A stretch of 64,000 bases of DNA, taken from Xylographa opegraphella. Its lineage: Eukaryota. Shown here one piece after another: positions 26,707 to 39,376 of this stretch. The translations under genes and the position numbers were made by a program. The notes beneath the pieces are model-generated. The model did no database searches. It worked only from the letters and a program-made list of their open reading frames with translations, and was not told the DNA's origin. The DNA is taken from assembly GCA_022813865.1 (NCBI GenBank), contig JALDZX010000007.1:1-64000 (forward strand), in the 5' to 3' direction. Positions within the stretch are counted from its first letter, which is position 1, and every line of letters starts with the position of its first letter.

Positions 26707-27971
26707 TCATCCAGCATCCTTAACATCTTCACTACAACTATCTAGTCGTAAAGTAAGGCACATCGGCCTCGTATCACTCAATCTCTCCCCCTCCCTCCCC
26801 TTCAGATCCTCATACCTCGCCACCCCATGCCCCTTTCTCTCCAACCCACTGACCAAAAACCGACATATATCCCCTCTATACTCCTCTCTCTGAACACACT
26901 CCACCTCCCGCACGCGCGCCTCCCTTATCAATCGCTCATAAGCCTCCCACCTCGCCCTCGCATCCTCCCGATCCACATAATGCACACTAAACCCCCCCAT
27001 CCCTTCCTCGCCCCTCGGCCCCATATTGAAATCCCCACTAAACACCACCACCCCCCGCTCCGCCCTCGTCCGCTCCACAAACGCCCCCGCCTGCCCCGCC
27101 TGCGCCATCCTCGCCACCTGCACCGCCCTCGACGCGCCCGCCTGCATGTGCGTCCCGAACACCTGCAGCCGGCCATCCCACCCATCCACCCGCACGGCGA
27201 TGAACGCGATCCCCTTCGCAGCGAAGCGGTCCACGCCCGCGACGTGCGCGTACCGCTCCCAGCCCGAGTCGACGATCTCGTGCCGGCTGAGGAAGAGCAA
27301 GCCGGAGTCGACGGCTCGGCCGGTGGGCCGCGGCGGGTGATAGCGGTGCGGGTGCGTGGTGTGCGAGAGCAGCGTTTTCTTGTACGCGAACGCTTCGTTG
27401 AGGACGACGATGTCGTAGGCGTTTAGGAGCGGGGAGATGGCGAGGGCGCGGGCGTGGGAGCGCCAGTCTGGGGAGGTTAGCGGTTGGAAGATTGAGTAGG
27501 ATGTGAGTTGGGGGGAGGTGGGAGGTGTGGGGGGTTATGTTACGCCTATAAGGTGTAATCCGGGCGTTGGCGGATTGGGATAATATAACTTGGGACTTAA
27601 ATCATTTACGCTTCATGGAGATATCAGACTTCGAGAATATATATATACCTGTAAGAAGGGAGGGCAGTAGCCAGGCATTCCAGAGCTGGGAGCGTTAGTA
27701 TGGAGAGAACGACAGGCAGGGGGCGACGGACGAGGATCTTGATCTCGAGCGGTGGAGCTTTGGGTATACTGGAGTTTTGCGGACAGTCGTCGGCTGGGAA
27801 AGAGGAGAACGATTGGGACGCTGAAGACATAGGAGCTGGCGCAGGGGATGATGCGCTGGTCGTGGCAGCGGGTTCATTTACTCGCCAGCCATTGTTGACG
27901 AAGGAAATCTTTGCGAATGACGGGGGGGTCTGATTCGAGAAAGGCGAATTCTCTTTCTCGTCGAGGAGCAT
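26707..27971 (-). CDS. Endonuclease/exonuclease/phosphatase-fold protein, sphingomyelinase-like (multi-exon)
   Basis: YDIVVLNEAF, DSGLLFLSRHEI, DRFAAKG, FGTHMQA, SGDFN and LSD motifs. The 5' exon structure is approximate. Confidence 0.8.
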
Positions 27972-28380
27972 CCGTATCAGTGGCGACTACAGCTTGTGCT
28001 AAATTTTGGTCATATGAGTAGTATATGCGAAGCCTAGATATGAGAGCTCGGAACCTTGCACTTAATCAACCCTAATGTACTATACGAAAACAGTGGCTCA
28101 GGCCCGATCCGGCGAACGTCATGCTGATGATAGCTTGGGTTTACGGCATCTCCCTTAACTAAACGACTTGTGCCCAGCGTGAAGAACGTCCAGACGAGTG
28201 CGCTTACAGGTTACATCTGAGCAGCAATACTCGTATCATTGTTTTGCTAGATTTGATAGGGCGCTTGAAACCGTCACCGAAACCTCTCATCACACAGTAC
28301 TACTGGATCCTTAATGAATTTTCTTCAACTATGTATGCGCTAGCAGGCGCCTACATTGCCCCGGTACGTGGAGACGCTTC

Positions 28381-31300
28381 CTATGCAACGCTTGCAACGA
28401 TCAAAGCAGCAACACCTTGTTCTTCAGTCCTGGCTGAAATTTTCAAAGTAACACCCGACTTGGCAGAAAACGCCATCTTGACCATAGCAGCGACCTTCCC
28501 TCCTGATATTGTTTTACCGTACAACTTGAGTGTATGTGTGCTAGTAGATAGAACCACGTCCGTACCATCAAGAGGTTGTAACGAAAGAGCTTTTATTAAT
28601 TGCTCAGTTGCGTCTGACCAAGGTTAGCAAAGAGAATACCAGTAGATGACCTTTGAGTCAGAGTCCATGTCTTACCAGCGAGGCTTTTCGTGTTAGCAAG
28701 TTGCAAGGTTTCCGATGCCTCATCTCCGTTGGCTCCAGTCTGCTCCCATACATGATCGAAGCTACCGGCGAAAGCCGGCGAAACATAGTCGCTCCCATTG
28801 AGTTCCAGATTTTCTACTTCGTACTCGTCATCGTAACCACTTTGATCCGGCTCACCTGTGGTCGGATCTATCTCCTTACTTGTGAATTTGAGAACGTTTG
28901 TGAACGAAGTGATGGCGAAAGGACTGTCTCCGATTTTCTTGAAGCTGACATATATCGTACCCGGTTCATCGGTATTCAACCGTGAAACAGGGATAATGAA
29001 TTCTTCGTCTAAGGACTCATCTTCTTCTGATGGTGTTGCAGCAACGGAGACGTCTTCCAAGACTGTCTCTGGTATGGTATTCTTGACTTCATATTGCAAG
29101 ACAACATGATCTTTGAAAATGTGCTTGACGACACTGACCGCGTATTCCGTTTCAGACTCCGTAAGCTCGACCACCGGAGATGATTTGAGAAGGTTTCCGT
29201 ATGCCTTTAGTTCGGGAATCGCCGATATTTGCTCGTTGTACTTCCGGGTTTGCGCTGATGCCAACACTACACTCTCGGCAGTACCGTTCGCTTGGGTTTT
29301 CTTAGGTCCAGTACTGGGTGCTTTCAGCGTTGGTGTCGCGGTCGTAAGTTTCTTCGTCCGCTCTTCCGCTAGGGCCTGCTCGTGTGTAACAACAGGAACA
29401 TTGCTGATGTCAAAAGCTGTTGAGAAGGTAGACTTGTCATCTGCAGTGACGTACATTACAAGCTGGTGTTCGAAAGTGGCCAACGAAAACATCGAATCTA
29501 CGACCGAGTTAGCAGGGACTACCAGATTTCGCTTCCCAGCATGTTACCATTCTTTATAAAGCGATTTGCCATCTCGTCATCTTCACTCATAAGCCGTAAG
29601 TTGAGCGCGGCTCGATCCCGGACTTCGTCATCAGTATCATCAAGACATCTCGTTAATAAAACTGTAACTGAACGTTTGACTTCGGGGTCTTTCTGCCCAA
29701 CACCAAACTTGGCAAGTGCTGTCACGGCTGCGGCCCTAACAAGAGCGTTTTCTAAGACGACCCTGTTGTAAATGTACCGAATATACTTGGTAGGTTGAGA
29801 TGTCTTGGGTCCTTCCACACCAAGCAGATGTAATATGCGTACGGCTAACTTCGTGAACTCGCAGTCTTCGATGAATTCACATAGATGCGCAAGGGCTATG
29901 AAATTAGCTCCGATCGCCTAAAGAAATGGAGTTCAAGGCTTACCATCTTCCTTACTACCGGGTACAAACTTTATCAAGTCGAACATGCTCTCTACCACGC
30001 TTCTCTTGAATTCATAGCCGCCCTCGTCCCTCAGAATACCGCTTAAGAATACAAGCATACCGGCCTGTTTACTGGGAAACTTGAGGCACAGCGTTCGGAT
30101 AGCTTCCACGATGGTGATCTTAAATTCATCGGTGATATCCGCCATAAAGCCTGAAATTTGCTTCATGAGCCGGTCCACACTGCCTTCGTTGCCAGTTTTT
30201 AAGAGTGTGGTGATTGCAAATGTGGCTATGGAACGATTAGAATTAGAGATAAGCGATTCTATATCTGGATTGCATGGCTGAACAGCTTGTGGCTTGAATG
30301 ATGCAACGCTATGCAGGATTCGGACAGCTGCAAACTTCGTAACAGCTCGTGGTGAGGTAAGAAACAACTGAAGTGTGTGAATTGCTTGGATCATTTCTGC
30401 TTCGGTGATGTCGTGCATGTCACAGATCGCTCTTGCGGCCTCGAAATTGACCATCTCATTTTTATGTCGAAGCCACCCATCCAAAAGTTGTAGCATTGGC
30501 TTTCGAAGGCTTGGATCGTCTTGCGCTAACTTTGCTGCCAGTCGTACCAACATAACGACGCCAGCAGGACTCTTTACTGCTCCAGGCGCACCAAGTTGCT
30601 GCACCATCTTCACAAGGGCCATTCGATCATGCGATCTCATTTGATACAAAAGCCCAATGGCATGATATTGAGTCATATAATTTGTATTCGCGGCTGCAAG
30701 GGAGTGTTGGCCCCCAGAGGTTGAGAAGCCCAGCGAGAATCCACCAGATGCTTTCGATGATGATGCGGCTTCCTGCGTTTCACTCTGCCACCGCTTGACC
30801 ACATCTCGAGCTATAGGAAGGAGGTGATACGAGGAGACAAGAGCTGCTGATGAGACCGATGGAGTTTTGTCTACAATTGCTGTCTTAATTAACCTCTCGA
30901 TAGCCTGGACAGTCGTTGCCTTTGACGTGTGAGTAAATCGCAAGAAATTCATGAGTGTTCACATACATCAATGATTCTGCAAAGTGTCCGTATTGCATTC
31001 GCCCGGTAAAGGACATCGCTTCCTACCGCAGTGTCTTTCATGATGCTACTGGTCACCATGATAACATCCTCCGCAGTATTTGAGAGCTCTTTGATAACCA
31101 GGTAGACCATTTGCCGTAGTGACGCATCTTTGTTTTGAAAGAGCTTCGATATACCAAAAAACAACGAGGTAGCCTCACCCGTAGGGAATTTCTCCCCTGT
31201 GAAGAGGAGCAATACGATTTTGGTGAGTAGCCTCCGACATCTTAAGGGCGATATAGGAGAAGAATTGAACAACCGAGCTACAGGAGTATTAGCTTTTTTC

Positions 31301-31404
31301 TGCGAAGGGAATGCCATAATGCCCTTACCTTCCTGGAACACAGCAGTCCTGTCGACCTTCAGGATGGTCTGCTCGGCATCCTCGTCCTTCTTACCGTAAC
31401 TCAT
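28381..31404 (-). CDS. SEC21: Coatomer subunit gamma (gamma-COP)
   Basis: [10 protein letters not shown].., [65 protein letters not shown]. Ends LIVASVA* at 28381. Confidence 0.97.
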
Positions 31405-31782
31405 TTTGTACCAGCAGTTTAGAAGAAGGAATTCTAGCAATCACCCAACTTTCAAAAGTCGTCAATCGAGAGGCACCCAGGGCTTCCAGCCCACCAATGC
31501 TGGAGCGCTTTGGGTTTTGCAGGTGGCACGCAGGAATGGACGTCCCACAGTGTAATCAGCTCATTTCAAGGTTGGATCTGTCTCGAGGGTAGGCAGACAC
31601 ATTTCATCCTTTGCATGAGGATAACGCGATCGAACTCCAGCACTGTATAATTGTCCTGAGCTTTAGTTCGCGGACTCGCTACGTCTCCTAAAGTGCGCCC
31701 AGCATGGGAAGAATACAAACAGTGCAAACAAGGATGTTTGCTTTGCTCGCGGTCCCCACCCCACGTATGTAGGCTTGTAATC

Positions 31783-32684
31783 ATGGACCAGCGAGTCCAT
31801 GTACCGATAGATGACCCTAATGCTGACACTGAATGGTATGCCGGCCGTGACTCGTCTCTAATGCGTGTCGCTAATGATGGACTAGGAACGATATCCTTCG
31901 CAAGCACGGAGTGATTCCGGAAAAGCCGCCTTCCCCTACGCCGATCATAGAGGAAGCATTACAGGAGGCTATCAAACAGGCCCATGAGAAACGATTAGAG
32001 GGGAAAGACCTTGACGAGCTAGATGAGCTGGAGGATGACGAGGACGAAGCTTTCCTTGCAAAATACCGGTCCGCTTAAACCAAGAGCATTTTGTACTCAA
32101 GTCCTAATCTGATAACAGGGAACAACGTGTCGCGGAGCTTTCCACAATCACCCAGGCTAGCATCTACAATCAAGTTTATCCGTTGCAAAAACCAGACTAT
32201 GCCCGTGATGTCACCGAGGCTTCCCGCAAAGCATATGTTCTCGTCCACCTGACGTCTTCGCTTGGGACGAATGTCGAGTCACAGCTATTGACGGAGCTCT
32301 GGCGGGAGCTTGCTCGAAAGTTCGGTGAGATCAAGTTCTGCGAAATGCGTGCAGACTTGTGTATTGAGGGTTACCCTGAGCGTAATACTCCAACCATTTT
32401 GATCTATAGGAACGGAGACATACAAAAGCAGCTCGTAAGTTTAAGAGAGCTCGGTGGTCAGAGGACAACGATTGAAGGTAGCTTGATTTGAAATCCTCAA
32501 ACAGTCGATTTCCGCAACTAACATACTATATGCAGATCTACAGAGACTTCTCGTCGAGGTAGGGGCTGTCAAAGACAACGATTATCGAGTTTCGAAGTCC
32601 AGGACCACTGAATCGGCCCCTAAAACCATTCGTAATAGCACAAAAACTACTGCTATGGATGACGAGGACGACGACTGGGATTAG
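31783..32684 (+). CDS. PLP2: Phosducin-like protein (Plp2/PhLP2)
   Basis: DPNADTEW|NDILRKHGVIPEKPP, LDELDELEDDEDEAFL, CIEGYPERNTPTILIY and acidic end DEDDDWD*. Confidence 0.92.
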
Positions 32685-34251
32685 ACCGGATCACCTCCAA
32701 CCATCGGGATCTTGTGTCGGTTTATGTACTCGACTGGAAACTGGGATTGGAACGAGACGTGTCTCCATTGTCACAAGCTACCTCAAGGATATCGTGTCAT
32801 GTCAGGGTTCTCGCAGAGATACTGTTCCACCGTGCCAGTTATCTGCTCAGAAGTTTGATCTGTTGAGTTCTACACAACGATGTAGGTTGCCCAGCAGTAC
32901 GACGACGAACGGGGTACCTACATCGACGTGGCACAACTACACATATATCAAAAATGAATCTTGGTGTAGGATAGACCGACGAGAGACCAACGTCGATTGC
33001 CAGCGTTCTACTGTGGTCTGTACCAAGATTGTACGTACATGCAGTATTGCTGCACTAAGAGCACTTCAACAAAGATGCCTCGGTCAGTCGAGAGGCTCTT
33101 GTGGGTTCAGCATAGATAGAAACGACGGTATACGTCTCTGGACAGTACGTGAAGATAAAGTTGCATTGAAGAGCAGATGCTCAATATTATTCACAATACC
33201 TAGCAATGACCCTGACTGATAATGGACATGGCATTTATGCGCACAACTTGAAATCATGCGTGAGGAGGTTGAAAACACTTGTCAGTAGATCGGCAAGAAG
33301 CGATCGACTGGTCGCTACATGGCTTTCGACTGCGGCTATTACCGTATATACTTGTGGTTCATGCGCGTTTTCAGAGCCGCTAGGTGGCCACAACTGCTGA
33401 GGCCATCAACGTCGTTCTCGTGCATAAGCATCACAGCCTTCCTTGGTAAACGCTATTCGCATTCTTCGGCCACACGGAGGCTCTGCGCCGCATCTTTTTG
33501 GTAGTCTATAGTCTACACATGAAAGCATGGTGGCTCTCCACATCCTACAAGATGCCCAAACTCCTTGAAAGCTAGTCCTTGAGGCGGCACATAGTGAGCG
33601 AATGAACGGCGTTCTGCATGTAGAATCCGTCACTCATCGGAGCTTTGCAACACCGACCAGGGATGGTGGGTGTGATTATGTAGAAGTAGATACGGGGACT
33701 GCAGACGAACGGGCGGCGCCATTCACGTCTGACAGCATGGCGAGCCAGGATTCGGAAGCCGCCGCGTCATGCAGCTCCGGGGATCTGGCCGCCTATCACG
33801 ACCCCCCCTGAGTCTCGAGGATGGTGGGGTAGCGCCCTCTGTTCGCACCCAAAACAGGTGGCAAGGAGGCCCCCTGGAGGCAACATCTGACGGGGCGAGA
33901 CCTCCTCGTTGACCGCTCGCTCACCCGTTCTTCCCGAATCGCCCCGCGTGGACTCGAGGTGCGTTGCGGTGCCCGCTTGTGCTGCATACTACCTACTATC
34001 GTGGACAGCCTCGTCCATACTCTCTTGCTTTCATGTACCTGGCCGAAAAATGACTTTCCGTGGGGAACACTGCTTCACCATCAGAGAAAGGTTATCGCCC
34101 GTATCCTGGCCGCGGATCTTGGGTCCAAAGTCCTAGTTCGAGGAGCCATTGATCGCCTCCGGAACTCAAAGTTTCAGAGTCGAGGGACGTCGCATCATAA
34201 TCTCCTCATCCGTCTTTCGGATCCCAATTCGCTGTAACACCCGATCGACTG

Positions 34252-35330
34252 ATGGATTACTCCTATTTCAGCACGCCTGCTCAGGCGTATCCCTATCTTG
34301 GCCTGCCGCCGACCCCCACCCACTCGTACGGCAATCTTGAAGTCCCGAACAACGATCCACTCGTAGGGACCGAAACCCGGTGTTGCTGACTCAAGCTGAG
34401 CTAATTTCGCTGGCAGAGCGTGTATCGGACTGCCAACGGCTTTCAGACTCTCGATCAACCTTTCCAATTCAACCCAAACGCCTTCACCCACCAGCAGCAG
34501 CAGCAGCAGCTACAGCAGCAACAGCAGCAACAACATCATGAGCAGCACTCACCGCCAGCATCCCATCACCGCCCGTCGGTAGTCGCCCTTACGCACTCCG
34601 AGAGTTCCAATGGCGTCACGAGTAACGGCGATTACGATAACGACCAAAATGGCAATCGGAGTAGCAGCGAAGAGAAGGAAAGTTTGACACCAGCTCAAAG
34701 CCGGCGGAAAGCGCAGAACAGAGCAGCGTAAGTTTCCGACAGCTTGAAAACTTCTTCCATGAGAGATCCCTGGATTCTAACCGGGGGGCTAATGCCGATT
34801 GAACTCGCAGCCAACGAGCTTTCCGCGAACGCAAAGAACGTCATGTGAAAGACCTTGAGAACAAGCTCAACTCCCTCTCCGCCCACTCCACCACCCTCCT
34901 CACCGACAACGAGCGTCTGAAGCGCGAGCTGCAGAAACTCGCCACCCAGAACGAGATCCTGCGAGCCACCACCGGTTCCGCGTCACAGCCTCCCCTGCAC
35001 CACGTCCGTCCCCCATCCCCGATCCACGGACCTCAAACATACTCGCCCACAGACTTCCAGAAAGCGGTAGGTGTGGATCCCAAGCAACATCCGGTCAGCT
35101 ACGAAGAGTTCGGTGGCGAGGACGGCGAGCGACTCTTGTCCGCGGGCGCCACGTGGGACCTCATACAGGGCCACGAGCTCTGCAGGAAGGGCATGGTGGA
35201 TGTGGGGGATGTGTGCCGGCGGCTCAAAGGCAGGGCGGCATGTGATGGCCGCGGGCCGGCGTTCAGGGAGTGCGAGGTGGTGGCTGCGATCGAGGGGAGC
35301 GTTATATGCGCCGCGGACGAGCTGATCTAA
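34252..35330 (+). CDS. Yap/AP-1-like bZIP transcription factor (Fcr3/Yap3-like) with a polyQ tract
   Basis: Spliced RRKAQNRAA|QRAFRERKERHVKDLE basic region and zipper, plus C-terminal LLSAGATWDLI..L.GRAACDGRGP. CAG/CAA run at about 34491-34533. Confidence 0.9.
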
Positions 35331-35901
35331 CCGCGTTTTTCTGTTGTCACAAAAGAGCTCGGGCGTGGGAGGGGGCTCGGTGGGCGTTACAGGCACGGCG
35401 CCGGGGTATTATGCCTCAAGGCCGGGCGATGGAGCATGGTTGGGAGAAGGGATGGGACCTTGGGGATTTTGAGAGATCTTATTTAGGCTGTGCGGATAGG
35501 ATGAGATTTGACTTCACTAATTTTTAAAGGCGAACCGGATCGGGTGACTGGTCTCAATGAAGATCAAAGCAGCTTATTAGTATCGATCACAAAGGAGCTC
35601 CAAACATTCCACTTCAGTCATTAACTCATCGTATCGATTTGAAATCTATGCATTTGCTAGCCTAGGTTAAGAAAGGCAAACTCGCATGTCTCCTGTAAGG
35701 AAATCCACCTACGCCAATAACTCCGCGTCCTTCACGCCAGACTCTCTATGATGTCTGATCATGAATATTGTCTCCATGACAGATGCATGCCAAAACAAAA
35801 AGCACAAATCCTCCATCACCCTTCATCTCCACCAAGCTGGGAAAGGAAGATCGACAGGCCAGCCAAAAGAAGGAGAGAAAACCCCCTTACAGCAAGTGCG
35901 C

Positions 35902-37940
35902 TCAATGGATCTCACACGAACAATATCCATCGTCGTCGACTTCGTGTCCCCTCAAGTTGACTCGAGGACCCTCTTCCGTCTCCCTCCTCTCCTCTCGCAG
36001 TCCGTCCCTCTCGGCAATAGCCACCCGCCTCCACCCATCATTTTCCCCAACCCGCCTCATAACGATATATGAGACCATATCCCATCTACGCGCTCCATAA
36101 GACCGGCTGAAGAAGTTCCAGTCCACGGAATGGAGTTCCCTGTTCATGACCGCCCGTTGCGTGTCGTCGGCGAAAGCAAGGTCGAACGCCCACACTTTCC
36201 AGCCCTCTTGCGACGTCCTATCCTCCGGCATCTCGAACCAGAAGGTGTAAGCGCCCACAACGACCACGCGGAGACACGGCAGCCGGCTGTGGGAGATTTC
36301 AATCGCGATATCACGCTCCGTAGGATAGCGGGGACGGTTGCTATAACCAGGGGTATAATACCGACCACGGTTGGCAATACGGGGACGGTCGGCTTTCATT
36401 TTCGGTTCGCGTGGCGCCAGGACCAAAACTCTCAACGCGTCGAAGCTGGTATCGCCAGGCGCTATGTTTGCATCCACCAGCAGCTTGTCGAGCCTGAGAA
36501 TTGGAGCTACAATATGCCGCATATCTCGGCCCCAGCTGCTTGGCTGGCGCACACTTAGTTGATAAATCCCATTTTCTTTTTCCACGTCGTCGATCTGTCG
36601 GGAGGTGGGGTCATCGAAGAGGTGAGCCGTCAGATAATTACCCTGCACCTCGTTGCGTACTGAGCTCAGCCAATGGCCTAGACCGATTTGGCGATAGCTT
36701 GCATGGCCGTCCCAGATGGCGTCAAGCTCTGCGGGGTGTTTGTTGAATGACCGATAGGCGCCTCATGTAGGGAAGGCCCATCGTTTGATGGTATCTCGAT
36801 AGGGGAGCAAAACCTCGAGCATCGCGGCCGCTTCTTGCGCACGAGTACGGGCTGTTGGATGAACTTCGGGATAGCATCTAAGTTCTCGTACAACTCGACT
36901 TCAAGGTAGTTGATAGAAGGCGAAAGGAGAGCTTTGAGCACAGAAGCCAGAGAGAGATGTTGGGCATCGTAAATGCATTGCAATTGGATGCACAAGGTCT
37001 CGAGGCCGACGAGAGACTTGGCACGGAACTCGAAGAAGTCGCTGTCCAAAGCGGTGGCCGTTAATGGGTTCTTATCATTAATAGAGAGGTACGTGAGAGT
37101 CTTCGGGAACCCAGATGGCTGTATCGTATCTCCCGGAGCAGCTGGCCTCTCTTCTGGAAATACTGCTAAGAGTAGGTCGTCAATAGAGCTGTAGCCTCGT
37201 TGGTCAGGGTTTTCTTTGTAGTAACGGTATGCACGGTCCACTGCCGTTACTATTAAGGTTTTGAGATGATGTAGTTCCTTGAGTGCTAGTCCCAGGCTGT
37301 GCCCTTCTCCAGGTAGAAGGTTATTGATTACCAACCGGCGTAGTCCCGCAAAATTGCCCAGAATACTCAGGTTCAGCTTCATATCACTATAAGGCTTCCG
37401 CCTCAGAACTCGCTCTCCATTAGCCTTATATCTCCATGTCATGCAATTTCCCCAGGCCGTGTCTGAACGCAAGTTCAAGCGCAGTAGTGATTTGGCTTTT
37501 GTGAGCGGTAACAACGATTCTTGGTAAATGTAACCGTAGTGATTAATTTCAGTCAGAGCGGGCATAGCGGGTATTGCCAACTCCAATGCATGCACAAGTG
37601 TTTCATCGAGAACGGTCACGGTCCTCCCGTCGTCGTCGGGGCGGTCGCTGCAGAAGCCGATGAAGTCCCAGCGTAAGCAAAGGTCTTTGACGTAAAGTGC
37701 CTTTGGCTGCACGAAAGTTGGGGGATCCAGGAAGGTCAGTAAGTCGTTCATGCCTTGCATCTCCGTGTTCAGCGTCCTCTCATTGATGGTATAAAGCGCA
37801 TAAAGTCGCTTGTTGACAACTCGGCTGACAAATTGACAGGTTCGACGCCACTGGCGGAGGGTGTGCTTATCGGATGTTTTACCGATGATCATGAGAATCA
37901 ACTCCCAAGGAAGGGTGGTCCCATTCTGATGAGACTCTAT
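35902..37940 (-). pseudogene. Disrupted F-box-like/LRR-like gene, paralog of 39377-41281
   Basis: Colinear with the intact paralog over its whole length (LPWELILMII vs FPWDVLTTII; SSWGRD; SRLPCLRVVVVGAYTFWFE). It has no in-frame ATG before the F-box (GCC ATA GAG at 37940-37938), a frameshift at about 36875, and TGA at 36765-36763 where the paralog has Trp. Confidence 0.8.
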
Positions 37941-38109
37941 GGCGAATACGGCAGTTCTGAAGTGATCTGTGTGTAATTGATAATAAAGTGAAACTGCAAC
38001 TGTCTACAGCCTCAAGAAGTAGCTAAGAGAGGGTTTATCTGATAAGGTTGGTAAAGGTCAAAAGGTGTAGATGTTTGAAGAAAGTTGAAGGGGAAAATAG
38101 AGACGAAAC

Positions 38110-38275
38110 TTGCTCATATATACCCCCCGCCAGATAAAAAACACACAGGAATCTATGGATCAACAATCGCTAGAAGGACAACACTGACAAAGACAATACT
38201 GACAAGGACAATGCTGACAAAGCCTTTTCGCAGAACAATATGGGCGGTCCTATTCACCAAAACAATAATGTTGAA
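38110..38275 (-). promoter_or_regulatory. Conserved upstream block of the F-box-like pseudogene (TATA-like box, ACAAT and TGACAA motifs)
   Basis: Alignable by eye to 41457-41605. It contains three copies of the 15-mer GACAAYRCTGACAAR at 38177-38221. Confidence 0.6.
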
Positions 38276-38411
38276 AGAAGATCATGAACCCCATGTAAGG
38301 CTATTTGGGGGGCAATTCAGATCTCATGAGAAACTGTTGGGCGTGATTGGTGTATGACTACCATCAACTCTGGTCTCCTAAGTTCCTTGGTTAGGCGCGA
38401 GGAGAAGGATT

Positions 38412-38951
38412 CCGGAAAATTACACAGATAGACCTCGAACATGGCCAAATTACCCGAATATACCCCAATCAATTGTTTTTCAATAAACCCGCTGCTTTGC
38501 TGTTGCTACGTCGATGTCGCTGTCGCTGTTATTGTTGCTGCCGTTCGCTGCAAACGCCTGTTATCTACTGATAAAAATAGTAGCGATAATAGCAACGCAG
38601 TGCAGCGACAGCGACAGCGGCAGCGACAGCGACAGCGGCAGCGACAGCGACAGCGGCAGCGACAACAACAATAATAGCAGTGAAAGACCTAGAAAAAGCC
38701 TACGACCATTATGTGTTGAAGTGGTTGTGATTTCGGTCGTGGATGATTTTCACTAAGCCTGAAGCCGGGGGGGGCCGCATATTTACAGCCTAAAGAAGTT
38801 AGCCCCTTTGCGCCTGCTGCGGCCACAGCGGCAGCGGTAGCGGCAGCAACAGCGAGGCCGCGGCAGCGAGAATTTGGAAAATAATTGATTGAGGTATATT
38901 CGGGTGATTTGATCATGTTCGGGGTATATTGGTCCTATGTAATTTTCTGAC
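38412..38951. mobile_element. Non-autonomous foldback/MITE-like element with about 100-bp imperfect terminal inverted repeats
   Basis: The left arm GAAAATTACA..CGAACATGGCCAAATTACCCGAATATACCCCAATCAATT matches the reverse complement of 38870-38947. AGGATT flanks both sides (38406-38411 and 38952-38957) as a candidate TSD. No transposase is present. Confidence 0.65.
38603..38662. repeat. (CAGCGR)10 hexanucleotide microsatellite with an 18-bp higher-order unit
   Basis: (CAGCGA CAGCGA CAGCGG)x3 plus CAGCGA, read directly. Confidence 0.95.
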
Positions 38952-39376
38952 AGGATTAACTTGGAGCACTAGATGATAGATGAAAACATTTATCACTCTA
39001 TCCTATGAATCCATTCTGATGTCTATTCGATAATTGATCGTGACTAGCTAAGCAAAGAAAGCAAAGCAGCTAATCTAAGAGTCTGAGCGGCATAATAGCT
39101 CAAACCTCAAAAGACTCAGTCATCAGGGTTCTCGAGCCAGAATCGTCCGACAACCCCATAAAGCTCGATTTCTCTTCTTGCCGTCAAAATGAACCATCAC
39201 ACACAAGCATGCATGAAAAGCAGACCAAAAGCAATTTCGCATGCACTACCATCTCTCCATGTCAGAGACGGCAGCAAGGCAAACATCTTGCGAAATCCCA
39301 TCCACCACCAAAATTCCCCTGCCAGTGCGACTTCTCATGAAAGAGTTGACGGGTCTGACAGGGAGACGTCCCCCCA

